A DNA stretch of 64,000 nt, from NCBI GenBank assembly GCA_013203045.1, contig JABMQN010000014.1:28373-92372 (forward strand). Direction: 5' to 3'. Positions within the stretch are counted from its first letter, which is position 1; every line of letters starts with the position of its first letter. The notes under the pieces were generated by a model. It was given only the letters and a program-made list of their open reading frames with translations, was not told the DNA's origin and ran no database searches. Source of the stretch: Chloroflexota bacterium. Its GTDB lineage: Bacteria > Chloroflexota > Dehalococcoidia > SZUA-161 > SpSt-899. The translations under genes and the position numbers were made by a program. This document shows positions 48,188 to 58,340 of this stretch, piece after piece.

Positions 48188-49390
48188 TTAGGACTTACCT
48201 TTTAGAGATGACATAAGATAGGCTGGAAGGTATTTGCCGAATAAATCCCGCCATGGACCTAAGCGCTTCAAACCATCTAACACTAATTCGCCATGCCAAT
48301 CAAAGGATCGATAGGAAGAAGTAAGTAAAGACTCATGAATGTTGTTATCTCGAACGACGTTAAATATACTGATGATCCGCTTGTCTGATAATCTGTTGTA
48401 TAATCTCCGTGCGAAATACTCCGTTCTAAGTTCTCTCCCCAGCTTTGCTTTCCACAACTTTTCATATCGAGCGAGGCGTCTACGGGAGAAGTTATTCGTA
48501 TTCAGTGATTGATGAAGAACATCAGAGGCGAAGTCAGCGCATAGCAACCCGAAATAAATCCCTCCTCCAGTTGTTGGCTTGGCTTGCCCTGCAGCATCCC
48601 CGACTACCACTACTCGATCACCGTAGGTCCGAGATAAAGGTTTTAGAGGAATCCCTCCATACTGAATAGTCACATTACTATCCACAATCTTACCTTCCGA
48701 ATCAAGTTGAGACAGTAGTTTTTTTAAATACTCCCCGGGCTTCTCCTTTGCACCAAGCCCAACTCTTGCCCTACCATCCGTAATTGGGACTAGCCATGCA
48801 AAGAAACCGGGAGCAATCTGATGACTGAAATAGACTTCTACTTCATCGATACCTTTTGTTTCCACCTCACACTGGGCTCCGAGAACATAATTCTTGATTT
48901 GCCCCAGTCCCAATTCCGAAGGTATTTGAGAGCCGAACCCGCTGGCTACGACAACAACCTTGCCCCGATACCGTGCCGTATCCCCATCGTGAACGACATC
49001 GATCAAAACTGCATCGTTTGAGATCGAAATATTTTCCACCTTGCTACCCAGGAAATATTCTGCGCTTGCGTTCTGAGCCTTAATAGCCATCGATTGATCA
49101 AATGCAATTCTATCCACGATGTACGCTTGCGCTTCATCTTTGCTTACCCTGATGAATTCACCGGAGGGTGCGAAAAGTTTAGCCGATTTTGCTTCCCGCA
49201 GAACACAGCTTGATTCAACATTAAATAACTCTGCACACTCACGACCGATGATCCCGGTGCAACAAAGTTTATTCCCAATCTGCTGGTACTTTTCAAATAC
49301 CCCCACTCGATACCCAACTTCAGCTAACCGATAGGCCACTCGGCTACCGGCAGGCCCGGCACCAACTATCAGAACATCATATTCATTCAT
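48188..49390 (-). CDS. Geranylgeranyl reductase family FAD oxidoreductase
   Basis: GAGPAGS, CTG, APGFFAWLVP, GDAAGQ.KPTTGGGIY. Confidence 0.88.
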   Translation of the reverse strand: MNEYDVLIVGAGPAGSRVAYRLAEVGYRVGVFEKYQQIGNKLCCTGIIGRECAELFNVESSCVLREAKSAKLFAPSGEFIRVSKDEAQAYIVDRIAFDQSMAIKAQNASAEYFLGSKVENISISNDAVLIDVVHDGDTARYRGKVVVVASGFGSQIPSELGLGQIKNYVLGAQCEVETKGIDEVEVYFSHQIAPGFFAWLVPITDGRARVGLGAKEKPGEYLKKLLSQLDSEGKIVDSNVTIQYGGIPLKPLSRTYGDRVVVVGDAAGQAKPTTGGGIYFGLLCADFASDVLHQSLNTNNFSRRRLARYEKLWKAKLGRELRTEYFARRLYNRLSDKRIISIFNVVRDNNIHESLLTSSYRSFDWHGELVLDGLKRLGPWRDLFGKYLPAYLMSSLKGKS

Positions 49391-49980
49391 GATATGGAAC
49401 CTTTTTTGAAAAATCGCACCACATGACGATGTACCAGCAATCGGAACCCAATAGGAATCAAGACGATCAATCCGATGATTTCGGGTATATATGCCTTAGG
49501 TCTTGTGGTAGCGCTTTCCCATATCAAACCCATAAAATCGCTTACATCTTTATCCGGGAAGCTTATTCCGTCAAGGGGCCAGAACAATGTGTGTGGCGCA
49601 TTCCACATTTCGTCGAAAATGAGATGTGTGGCACAGCCAAACGACAATACGAGAACTCCTGTCTTTCCATATCGCCGATAGCGATAAAACCCAATAGAAA
49701 AAATAATAAGAAAGAATAACAACGTATGGCAAATTATTCGGCCATTATCGAAGGTATCACCAAAGAGATAGATACCTATCAGCTTATCGACATCCGGGAG
49801 CATCGATCCCACCAGAACCAGCCGATAGTCTATCTTTCCGGCAATTGAAGCTAGTCGAAAGGATTTAGCTGAACTTTCTGCATCATCACCAATTCCGGAC
49901 GATGCAGACTTCCTGGAAAGAACCTTATCCAATCCGTAAGCTAAACCCAGAGTTATGCCAGTATGACCAAATAACAGCAT
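49387..49980 (-). CDS. Membrane metal-dependent hydrolase (YdjM-like)
   Basis: FGH.GI, GSMLPD.DK, HTLLF, HLIFD.MW, LFWP. Confidence 0.8.
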   Translation of the reverse strand: MLLFGHTGITLGLAYGLDKVLSRKSASSGIGDDAESSAKSFRLASIAGKIDYRLVLVGSMLPDVDKLIGIYLFGDTFDNGRIICHTLLFFLIIFSIGFYRYRRYGKTGVLVLSFGCATHLIFDEMWNAPHTLFWPLDGISFPDKDVSDFMGLIWESATTRPKAYIPEIIGLIVLIPIGFRLLVHRHVVRFFKKGSIS

Positions 49981-50023
49981 GCGATTAATATGGTTTAATA
50001 ACGATCGTTATAAAACAGTTAAA

Positions 50024-50440
50024 TCATTCTCCGATTATTTGAAATACGATTTCCCTCATCCGGGAACGATTGTCAAAATCAACAAGGATAACCTGTTGCC
50101 ACGTACCCAGAATAATAATTCCATCATTAAATGGTATTGCTAGAGAACATCCCAACAACGAAGCCCTCACATGAGAATGCCCATTCCCATCTCCCCACCG
50201 TTTATCATGACCATAGGGAATTCCCTGCGGCGCTACGCGCTCGAAAAACTCCTTGAGATCTGATACCAGACCAGGTTCGTATTCCACAGTAGTGATCCCA
50301 CAGGTGGAATGTGCCACAAATACAGTCACCGTGCCAGTATTTAACCCACTATCCCTAACAGTCTCAGTGACTTGGTGTGTAATATCTATGATATCGCAAT
50401 TACCCCTGGTTTGAACCCGGATGCTCTGCGTGCTAATCAT
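50024..50440 (-). CDS. yjbQ: YjbQ family protein (UPF0047)
   Basis: DIT, HST.G, E.E..L..D, NGHSHVRASLLG, LGTWQ. Confidence 0.9.
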   Translation of the reverse strand: MISTQSIRVQTRGNCDIIDITHQVTETVRDSGLNTGTVTVFVAHSTCGITTVEYEPGLVSDLKEFFERVAPQGIPYGHDKRWGDGNGHSHVRASLLGCSLAIPFNDGIIILGTWQQVILVDFDNRSRMREIVFQIIGE

Positions 50441-50504
50441 ATCCTAAGCCCCCCCCATATTCTGAATGATAGCTAATTATATCAGGTTCGGCAAAGGTGG
50501 TATA

Positions 50505-51110
50505 ATGAATTTACTCATGGATTTCTTCGAGACTGTTCGTAGAAGGCGCAGTATTCGTCACTTCACCGATGCCCCGGTTCGTGATGAAGACTTAATGGCA
50601 ATGATTGAAGCCGCCCGACTTGCTCCGAGTCCACGTAACGAGCAACCATGGCATTTCATCGTAATCCGTGATCAGCAGGCAATATCCAATCTCAGGGATA
50701 TCGTGAATGCATTGCTCGATGCTCAAATAAAAGGAGCCGATAGTAAAGCACGCAAGAAAGCATTGAAGAACAAGCGATTCGGCGCTACCAACGTGTTCGA
50801 TGCCCCTGTTGTTGTGGTCGTATTGACCAAACCTTTCCCCAATCCCGACCCCGCCAAACAACCAATTTTCAATCAGGGTTTGCAGGGTGTTTCGGCTGCG
50901 ATAACACACTTTCATCTGGCAGCTACTGCACTGGGATATGGTGGATGCTGGGTAGTGCTTCCACTCGAACTGGCACAATTTGAAATAGAGGCGGTATTAA
51001 GAGTGCGGAAGCCGTGGTTCGCGGTAGCCCTTCTATCCGTGGGAGTTCCTGCAAAAGCAGCAGGAAAAACCAAACGCAAACCCATCGAGGAGATCGTAAC
51101 CTTCGAATGA
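50505..51110 (+). CDS. Nitroreductase family protein (start at 50505 or 50517)
   Basis: [37 protein letters not shown]. Confidence 0.9.
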   Translation: MNLLMDFFETVRRRRSIRHFTDAPVRDEDLMAMIEAARLAPSPRNEQPWHFIVIRDQQAISNLRDIVNALLDAQIKGADSKARKKALKNKRFGATNVFDAPVVVVVLTKPFPNPDPAKQPIFNQGLQGVSAAITHFHLAATALGYGGCWVVLPLELAQFEIEAVLRVRKPWFAVALLSVGVPAKAAGKTKRKPIEEIVTFE

Positions 51111-52117
51111 AAATCCTTGGAATAGAGACATCCTGCGATGAAACCGCCGTAGCGGTCGTCGAGGATGGCACGAGTATTCTCTCGAATGTCATTGCTTCCC
51201 AGGTAGAAATTCACAGCCGATACGGTGGCATTGTTCCTGAAATAGCTTCGCGCCAGCATCTTTTAGCTTCCATCCCTATACTAGAAAAGGCACTTCAGGA
51301 TGCCAATATTCAACTCGAAGACATTGATGCAATTGCGGTTACTAATGGTCCCGGGCTTGCCGGCTCGCTGGTGGTTGGAGTAAACCTGGCAAAGTCGCTT
51401 GCCCTGGCCAGTGATCTGCCCCTGATATCGGTGAACCATCTGGAAGGACACATTTATGCTAATTGGCTGGATGAAAGGAATACCCCCGAATTTCCTCTTC
51501 TTTGCTTGATCGTTTCTGGTGGACACACTGACTTGGTTCTAATGACAGACCATGGCAAATACGAGCAACTGGGTAGAACCAGGGATGATGCTGCCGGGGA
51601 AGCTTTTGATAAGGTGGCAAGATTGCTGGGTCTGGGCTATCCGGGAGGGCCTGTGATCGAGAAAGCAACGATTGGAATTGAAAACCCTCGCCGGTTACCA
51701 CGAGCCTGGCTGAAAGGCACTGATGACTTCAGTTTTAGTGGACTAAAGACAGCCACACTTCACATGGCGCGAGATTTGGAAATAATCGCAGATGAGCCAT
51801 CACCCGCTATTCACAAAATAGCAGCAGAGGTAGCTGCCGGATTCCAAGAATCGGTGGTAGATGTGCTGGTTACCAAAACATGTGAAGCGGCTCAAAAATG
51901 TAATGTAAGGCAGATTCTCTTGGCCGGTGGGGTAGCAGCCAATACACAATTGCGTGAAACTATGACAAAACGTACACCTGTACCGATTTCCATTCCAAGT
52001 CCCATACTTTGTACCGACAATGCAGCCATGATCGCTTCATGTGGCTATTTTAGGTTTGTTGCAGGAGAAACCTCAAGATGGGATCTGGATGTGAATGCAA
52101 ACTTACAGCTCGTTTGA
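51107..52117 (+). CDS. tsaD: tRNA N6-threonylcarbamoyltransferase catalytic subunit
   Basis: [66 protein letters not shown] 51107 overlaps the upstream stop. Confidence 0.96.
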   Translation: MKILGIETSCDETAVAVVEDGTSILSNVIASQVEIHSRYGGIVPEIASRQHLLASIPILEKALQDANIQLEDIDAIAVTNGPGLAGSLVVGVNLAKSLALASDLPLISVNHLEGHIYANWLDERNTPEFPLLCLIVSGGHTDLVLMTDHGKYEQLGRTRDDAAGEAFDKVARLLGLGYPGGPVIEKATIGIENPRRLPRAWLKGTDDFSFSGLKTATLHMARDLEIIADEPSPAIHKIAAEVAAGFQESVVDVLVTKTCEAAQKCNVRQILLAGGVAANTQLRETMTKRTPVPISIPSPILCTDNAAMIASCGYFRFVAGETSRWDLDVNANLQLV

Positions 52118-52122
52118 AATAT

Positions 52123-52200
52123 GTGTCCTCTGTGAACTCTGTGGTTTTGGTTCCGGGAGTCCCAGCCGTAGCTGACGAAGGCTGGTTTGTCCGAGTTAGA
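52123..52200. repeat. Degenerate repeat/MITE remnants
   Basis: CTCTGTGAACTCTGTGG tandem, CCAGCC...GGCTGG hairpin and a TTGTCCGAGTTAG end-like motif. Confidence 0.35.
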
Positions 52201-52234
52201 AACTTATATATAACCAGAGAAAAAGGCTAAACTT

Positions 52235-53041
52235 ATGGCTCAGTTTAATGGCCCTATAGATATATTGAAACTCCTCGATAGCTCAAACTGCGGAAAATGT
52301 AATAAAAAAACCTGCATTGCCTTTGCCGGTGCGGTATTCAAAGGGCAAAGTAAGCTTGAGAAGTGCCCGAAGCTGGATAGCGATATCATTGAGCAATACA
52401 GCGGGTTCACCTCAAATTACATATCCTCTGAACAGTTAGGTGATAACGCAATACAAGCATTGAAATCCCAGGTTGCCACAATCGATCTCGCTTCAGCTGC
52501 CCAAAGGCTGGAAGCGCAATACTCAGACGGAAAACTGACAGTCAAGTGCCTCGGAAAAGACTTTAGCGTAGACACCGAAGGAAATATCATCACCGAAATC
52601 CATGTTAATCCCTGGGTAACACTTCCCATTTTGACCTATATTATCGAAGGCGCCGGGAACCCGGTTTCCGGGGAATGGGTTACCTTCAGGGAACTGGACG
52701 GCGGTGAGTACAAGTATCCGCTCTTTGAGCAAAGATGCGAAAAACCCCTCAAAAAGGTCGCTGATACCTATACCGGCCTTTTCGAAGATATGCTCCACAT
52801 CTTCAACGGGAGACATGCGGACTATCACTATCCCGCAGATATCTCGATTATCATGTATCCACTGCCCAAAGTTCCCATCACGATCTGCTATTCCAAGCCA
52901 GAAGACGATCTCGAATCCAGTCTCACTATTTTTTTCGATTCAGCAGCCGTGGAAAATCTCAACCTTGAAGGAGTGTTTTCCCTGGGAGTTGGGCTCACCA
53001 TGATGTTTGAAAAGATCGCCTTGAGACATAGCAGTCGATAA
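52235..53041 (+). CDS. DUF3786 protein with N-terminal 4Fe-4S (FeS/AcsC-N-like) domain
   Basis: NCGKC...TC.AFA......CP; W..FREL.GG; PLPKVP. Confidence 0.8.
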   Translation: MAQFNGPIDILKLLDSSNCGKCNKKTCIAFAGAVFKGQSKLEKCPKLDSDIIEQYSGFTSNYISSEQLGDNAIQALKSQVATIDLASAAQRLEAQYSDGKLTVKCLGKDFSVDTEGNIITEIHVNPWVTLPILTYIIEGAGNPVSGEWVTFRELDGGEYKYPLFEQRCEKPLKKVADTYTGLFEDMLHIFNGRHADYHYPADISIIMYPLPKVPITICYSKPEDDLESSLTIFFDSAAVENLNLEGVFSLGVGLTMMFEKIALRHSSR

Positions 53042-53048
53042 ACAAAAT

Positions 53049-53639
53049 ATGGCCGAAGATTCTCTTAACGATCTTACTCAAAGATTAATCGAACTCGGAG
53101 CTAGCGATGCCAGGTTTATTGCCGCACATTCAATCGTGGTTGAAGATCGTTTTGCTGAGATGTGCGCTTCGCCCCAATGTCCGAGTTACGGTCTGGCGCC
53201 AGGCTGTCCGCCTCACGTAATGAAACCCGGCGAATTCAGAGCTCTTCTGAGCCAATACAAGCACGCCATAGCCTTCAAAATTGATGTTCCTACTGCTGTT
53301 CTTATGAGCGATGGCCGTCGTGACGTCGCTAAACTCATTCATGAGATGTCTTCCACCGTTGCGAGGTTGGCAAAAGAGAACGGTTTCCCCAAGTCGGACG
53401 GTTTTGCCGCAGGCTCCTGCAAAATGATTTTCTGTCATGATCAAGCCCGATGTGCAGTGCTGGATGGAGACGGTGAATGCCTTTTCCCGGACATTGCCCG
53501 GCCTTCCATTTCCGGCCTCGGCGTCAATTTTCTTGAACTGTGCAAGGTGGTCGGTTGGAAAGCAGATATCATTACTTCAGAGACCGATCCAGAAGATGTC
53601 CCTATGGGAATGTTAGCGGGATTGGTCTTGATTGGGTGA
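53049..53639 (+). CDS. DUF2284 family Cys-rich metal-binding protein
   Basis: C...QC.SYG...GCPP, GSC..FC....C......C..P..ARPS..GLG, GLVLIG. Confidence 0.8.
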   Translation: MAEDSLNDLTQRLIELGASDARFIAAHSIVVEDRFAEMCASPQCPSYGLAPGCPPHVMKPGEFRALLSQYKHAIAFKIDVPTAVLMSDGRRDVAKLIHEMSSTVARLAKENGFPKSDGFAAGSCKMIFCHDQARCAVLDGDGECLFPDIARPSISGLGVNFLELCKVVGWKADIITSETDPEDVPMGMLAGLVLIG

Positions 53640-54947
53640 TTCATCTATGATAACCGGGCAACGATCACATCGCTGATCCTGACAAAAAGTCTTGTACAAA
53701 TGAATCATCCCCTGTTGCCGTTTTGCCGATTTGGCTTTCCCTGATGTTACATTACCCCAGAAGAGTTCATTGAGGTATCGGGTGATCTGATTCTCCCCGA
53801 GCCGGGGATAGGCTCCATACAATTCAGAGACATGTTTTTTAATTTCATCCTGAGCATTCATCTGAGCCCAGCTATAAAAGAATGGTAAGACTACATTCAC
53901 TGTAATTTCACGCGCTCGCCCTTGTCCCAGAAGGTCGGGAACAATAAAACCTCTCTCGATCTTTGTTGCGTATTTGCCAGGATTTGCTTCTCTCACAAGA
54001 TTCAGCAATTGCTTCAATAATCCTTCTTCAAGATAACTGTCGAGAAGATACCCTGCAGCCAGAAGTCGAGAAGTTGGGAAATTCTTGGGATGCATACGGA
54101 AAAAGTGCCAATCTGCATAACTCATGGAGTTACTGGCACTCAACAAATCCCATGTTCTCTCCAAGTTGCTAATTTCAACGGAACGACTCAGTTTTGATTT
54201 TCCATCACATTGTGAAGGCAACAGACCTGCAGAACCCAGAAGCAGTGCTTGCAGCATGAGCGTTCTATTTACGGGTTCTTGTTCTCGTATGATGCTTTCA
54301 ATAACTCGATATGGCAATCGCTGAGCCAATTCCTCAAAAGCTTTCTTGTTCTTGGTATAACCCAAAGCTCCCATCAGTCGCTGATAAATAACCTGCTCCG
54401 GTTCTTCAATTATTAGGTCAATTTCAAAGGACGCTGATTTTAAATAAAACCGCTCGATACCATACTCATCCAGGATTTCGCCTAGCCTTTCCTCGCCCAA
54501 CCTTTCTCCGATTCGTTGGCAGAGCAGCGATGGTATCTGATGAGATTCTGCTCGAACAGCGAGATCATCCATCGAACCGTTGAGATAATCTCGAAGCGGC
54601 AGGGTTGGGATATGGTCGCCATTTTCAAGTTAAGCAGGTTTTTTCGAATCGTCCCAAAAAACCACTTGCAAAATAACGTTGTTGAAATGAGGATCGAGGT
54701 GGTGCCCATGAGAGCGCCAGTCACTCGACTTAACATGAAGCTCGATATCGCCAGTAACTACTTCATCATCGAGGACAATTGTTGCATTGAGAAAATCGGG
54801 GCCACTATCCTTGTTTTCCCTTCCTGCCCATTTCACTCTGACAACTCTGCCGTCACTTGCAGGGAAAGGTCCTTGCTTAAGCCACTGGCCTTTCCATATA
54901 TGTGATAGCAGGCTTTCTGGAACTCTCTTTAAATTGAAATCAGTCAT
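53613..54947 (-). pseudogene. DUF2851 family gene interrupted by an in-frame TAA
   Basis: GPDF.NA, GDIELH...SDW..HGHH.DP.FNNVIL; TAA at 54630-54632; the frame continues LENGDHIPTL into ORF 53613-54572 (LGY.KN, RMHP.NFP, QQG.IHL). Confidence 0.8.
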
Positions 54948-54969
54948 TGTTCGAAGATATATTATGGAA

Positions 54970-55019
54970 TGTCATTGCAAGGAGGTCAGAAGGACCGACG
55001 CGCTTCGCTCGCGATGACA
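54970..55019. repeat. GTCATTG-type REP-like palindrome
   Basis: TGTCATTGC...CTTCGCTCGCGATGACA. Confidence 0.6.
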
Positions 55020-55033
55020 CTGTTCAAATGTTT

Positions 55034-56041
55034 TTATAAGAGAAATTCTATAAAGGAATTCAACTGGCTATCGAATTCCTCTGTAATACGAGTGCCGTCT
55101 TGCTTCAGAGCAATGAGGTTATCCTGCGAAGCATTATCCATATCAGGATCGGCGAGCTGTAGTTCACCATTGATCCTTAAATACTGGTCAGACTGACCAA
55201 CCGCATCGTAGATCTGCGCCATTTGATAATCCACAGTTTCTGAAACACCTGACATCATGATATCTATTAAGGGCTTAATCCATTCCACCATTCCCCAGTC
55301 CTTGGCATCTTTATATTCATAAGATTTCTTGACATAACCAGTGCCAATAGAGAGAATCGCCATATCTTTTGCAGAAGGATTGCCTTCGAACTTCTTTCTC
55401 ACTTCAGCATAAGCACAAAGCGAAGGATTATTCGCGAATACCCCACCATCTATGCACGGGTATGGTACCCCTGTCACCGATAGCAAGCGTTGAGCTTCAA
55501 AATACGTTGGTGCCGCTGAAGTGGCCCTGGCTACGTCCTTTACCAAATAATCGTGCATTTCCTTTTGTTTCGCATCGTGTTGGGTGAAGAACCTGGCTCG
55601 TCTTGATTCGATATCGTAAGCAGTTATGAGACAGGGCTTCAAAAGCTGACTGAGCTTAAGGTCTCCGAGATAGCTTTCCAGAGTGTCCTCGAGTTCTTTA
55701 GCATCGTATTTCTCATCGCTTATACCTCCCCCCGATCGTACTTTTTGCCAGAGGGACGTATCAAATATTTTTCCGCCTTTTAACAAATACAGATCCACAG
55801 CTTCCTGAGCAGAAAACCTAGGTCGTGATGGATTCCCCTTTATATCAGGGCAAAGATAAATACATGTTAGAATCCCGCCAGTGCTGGTTCCGGCTATCAG
55901 ATCAAAAAAGTCTGAAATTCTAGCATCCGGATTCTGCGAATATTTTTGTAACTTCCCCTCTAAAACCAGCAGTACTTGACCCGGAATAATTCCTCTAATT
56001 CCTCCTCCGTCAATAGTAAGAATTCGTGTTAGATTAGGCAT
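55034..56041 (-). CDS. Patatin-like phospholipase
   Basis: DGGGIRG, GTSTG nucleophile elbow, ATSAAPTYF, DGGVFANNP. Confidence 0.93.
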   Translation of the reverse strand: MPNLTRILTIDGGGIRGIIPGQVLLVLEGKLQKYSQNPDARISDFFDLIAGTSTGGILTCIYLCPDIKGNPSRPRFSAQEAVDLYLLKGGKIFDTSLWQKVRSGGGISDEKYDAKELEDTLESYLGDLKLSQLLKPCLITAYDIESRRARFFTQHDAKQKEMHDYLVKDVARATSAAPTYFEAQRLLSVTGVPYPCIDGGVFANNPSLCAYAEVRKKFEGNPSAKDMAILSIGTGYVKKSYEYKDAKDWGMVEWIKPLIDIMMSGVSETVDYQMAQIYDAVGQSDQYLRINGELQLADPDMDNASQDNLIALKQDGTRITEEFDSQLNSFIEFLL

Positions 56042-56061
56042 TCTACTCCTTTTAGCTACTA

Positions 56062-56529
56062 CTATCGGAAGGTATCCATGGCACCATATGCAGCGCGCAG
56101 TCTGTTACCCAATATTTGGGCTAGCCTATCCATCACTTTATATCCAACTTCGGGCCTGGTCTCTAACATTTCTCTCAATTCATCTCCGGAAAGAGATACA
56201 ATCGTCGTTTGTTTCTGGCAAACTGCTGATGCGGATGCACTACAAGGATCACACAGCATTGATGACCACCCCAATCCTCTACCTTTTCCCAGCAGGTCAA
56301 TCGTCATCGATCCTTGACGCTCACCAAGAGTGACAGAACGCATTAACGCAACCTGACCTTCTGCTATGAGATAAATCCTTCGCCCGAATTCCCCTTGTGC
56401 GATTACAGTATCTCCGGCATTGTAGTCTTCAACACGACACAGAGTTGCAATCCGCTCGACATCTTCTTGATCCACACTACTAAACAGCTCGCATCTTCGT
56501 AAAGCATCGACTATCTCAGAAGATACCAT
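56062..56529 (-). CDS. Stand-alone cyclic-nucleotide-binding (CNB) domain protein
   Basis: ELFS......IA, G..VI.QGE.G.RIYLI.EGQV, G..LGWS.M, SASA; no HTH. Confidence 0.85.
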   Translation of the reverse strand: MVSSEIVDALRRCELFSSVDQEDVERIATLCRVEDYNAGDTVIAQGEFGRRIYLIAEGQVALMRSVTLGERQGSMTIDLLGKGRGLGWSSMLCDPCSASASAVCQKQTTIVSLSGDELREMLETRPEVGYKVMDRLAQILGNRLRAAYGAMDTFR

Positions 56530-56572
56530 TTTGCCACCTCCTCGCCATTTTGTTCTCTGAAAAGACTATGCA

Positions 56573-57787
56573 TCATGTTACTTTGCTACGATTTGACTCC
56601 ACGATCTCTATGTAATAACATTTGCCGGCCAGCTGAGTCTGCTCTAAATAGTAAAGTCGGGGAAAAGATTGGGAACACTTTACCACATTTGGAATGAATA
56701 CTTTTTCATGGGGATAGATACCGATAACTCGAAAATTGTCAGAGGAACCTTGCTTTCCAAGCGTTTTTGCGATTTTGGCCGCATTTCTCAAAATCCTTTG
56801 TTCTGATGGATTCTCAATATCAATCGTGAGTCGGTTACTGTTTCCGTTCGCCGTGGCGGATTTCAAAACAGCGATAGCATAATTGGTGTAGTTTAACTGC
56901 TTCCATTCTCGGGGCTTTGTGATCGAAAGCACTTCTTTCCACAGGCGGCTTGCTTCTGAGAGTATTCCCTTCACTTTTTCAAAATCAGCCGGTTTTCCTC
57001 GATCGACGGTCTCTTTAATGTAGTATTCAACACTATCCAGTGGCTGGCAGATTTCTATTGGCAAACCAATCCTTTTTCTCATGACAGCAATTATCTTCTC
57101 GGCATGCCTATTCACCTGAGCAATCCAGTGAATCATCATCTCTTTTCCAACAAATCCCTTATTGTAGGCCTCCATCAGATAGAAACAATACTCAACCGTT
57201 GGCATGGCTACGATAGCCTTAGAGAACGCTTTACTCCCCTCTTTCATTGCAGTAATTAGATCTGTAAGCCGAACTACCGCGTCCATTTCATATAAGCATA
57301 GATTTTCTGATATCTCCAACGATTTTATCTTACTTGTGATTCTCGTTTTGGGAGCTACTATTGATACGACTTCACCATTTTCCAAAGTGGCAGTTGCATT
57401 TGATGCGCAGAACAAACAGGTATCGGTCAGAATGTTTATCTCATCCGGAGGATCTATTTTATGCTTTTCGATACCTATACTTTCGCCTTCTAGTCTTACA
57501 TATTGGTAATTGCTGTTTGGAAGGACCAGTCCCAGATAGCGCCCAGCAATTTCCTGCTCACCACGCGAGTTTTTGGTCAATGTATGTTCCAGATAATCCC
57601 CAATCAAACAGGTTCCTGCGGGGAATATTCCTGCTTTCAAGTATGAATCGAAGATCGTCACCACCCTTTTGGTATGCTTCGATTCATCTGCAAGAGTTTT
57701 TCGCTTCACGGACATATTTCCGTAATAGAATTCCTCTTGAAGCGAACTGTTTGATGGATGTAAAGTATAATGATCTTTCCTGGCCAC
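56573..57787 (-). CDS. Hypothetical protein, possible tRNA-dependent cyclodipeptide synthase-like (RCDPS-like)
   Basis: 404-aa soluble ORF, GTG start with GAGGT SD. Motif order GLVL, IT, LYEMDAVVRL, MPTVEY, W...V.RH, IENPSEQRI, IGIYP, RLYY. The family call is tentative. Confidence 0.5.
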   Translation of the reverse strand: MARKDHYTLHPSNSSLQEEFYYGNMSVKRKTLADESKHTKRVVTIFDSYLKAGIFPAGTCLIGDYLEHTLTKNSRGEQEIAGRYLGLVLPNSNYQYVRLEGESIGIEKHKIDPPDEINILTDTCLFCASNATATLENGEVVSIVAPKTRITSKIKSLEISENLCLYEMDAVVRLTDLITAMKEGSKAFSKAIVAMPTVEYCFYLMEAYNKGFVGKEMMIHWIAQVNRHAEKIIAVMRKRIGLPIEICQPLDSVEYYIKETVDRGKPADFEKVKGILSEASRLWKEVLSITKPREWKQLNYTNYAIAVLKSATANGNSNRLTIDIENPSEQRILRNAAKIAKTLGKQGSSDNFRVIGIYPHEKVFIPNVVKCSQSFPRLYYLEQTQLAGKCYYIEIVESNRSKVT

Positions 57788-57803
57788 AGGTACCTCTGAG
57801 ACA

Positions 57804-58073
57804 TTATTTATCTACGGACTCTTCATTTTCAGCATGCTTTTCAAGCGCACGCTGTTGAAGCTCGTGTATCTTGTTGTTCCATGACCTTTCTCCCCGCCCA
57901 TAGTGCAGGTAAACAAGAGGGCCAATTACCATAGGATAAACGATTACCAAAATCCAAATAACCTTACCTACAAGTCTTATGTGTGCAAGTGTGAATAAAT
58001 CTTTAAGAGCAAATATCACCAGTATCAAATGAACAATGCTTGCACCAATAAAGAATAACCCTATGCTGTCCAT
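57804..58073 (-). CDS. Small membrane protein with PLDc_N-like two-TM domain
   Basis: IFALKDL...KVIWILVI..P.VIGPLVYL.YG; ATG 58073 with AAGGA SD. Confidence 0.75.
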   Translation of the reverse strand: MDSIGLFFIGASIVHLILVIFALKDLFTLAHIRLVGKVIWILVIVYPMVIGPLVYLHYGRGERSWNNKIHELQQRALEKHAENEESVDK

Positions 58074-58235
58074 TTCGTTTTCCTTGCTATTTGCACTCAG
58101 CATACATCACGAAGTCCGGCAACTCAAGCATTTGAATGGTTTGTGATGACGAACCCAACACAACAGCACACATTCAACGAATATCGATCGATAATGAGGA
58201 GAAAGAAGAAGGTTAGTGTTATGTCACATTTTAAA

Positions 58236-58313
58236 TGTCATTCTTGAGCGAAGAATCTCAATACCAATCAGAGAGATTCTTCGGTCATCCATACGGGTTT
58301 CCTCAGAATGACA
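58236..58313. repeat. GTCATT-type REP-like palindrome
   Basis: TGTCATTCT...GCGAAGAATCTC...GAGATTCTTCG...AGAATGACA. Confidence 0.75.
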
Positions 58314-58340
58314 ATGCGTCAGATCAGGGTTGACTTAATA

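Noticed and set aside
54630-54632. Sec/Pyl recoding in DUF2851
   Set aside because: The stop is TAA, which is not used for Sec or Pyl.
55034-57787. Calling the patatin cassette CBASS or Pycsar
   Set aside because: The 404-aa protein shows no GS...DxD CD-NTase or class III cyclase motif that I can identify.
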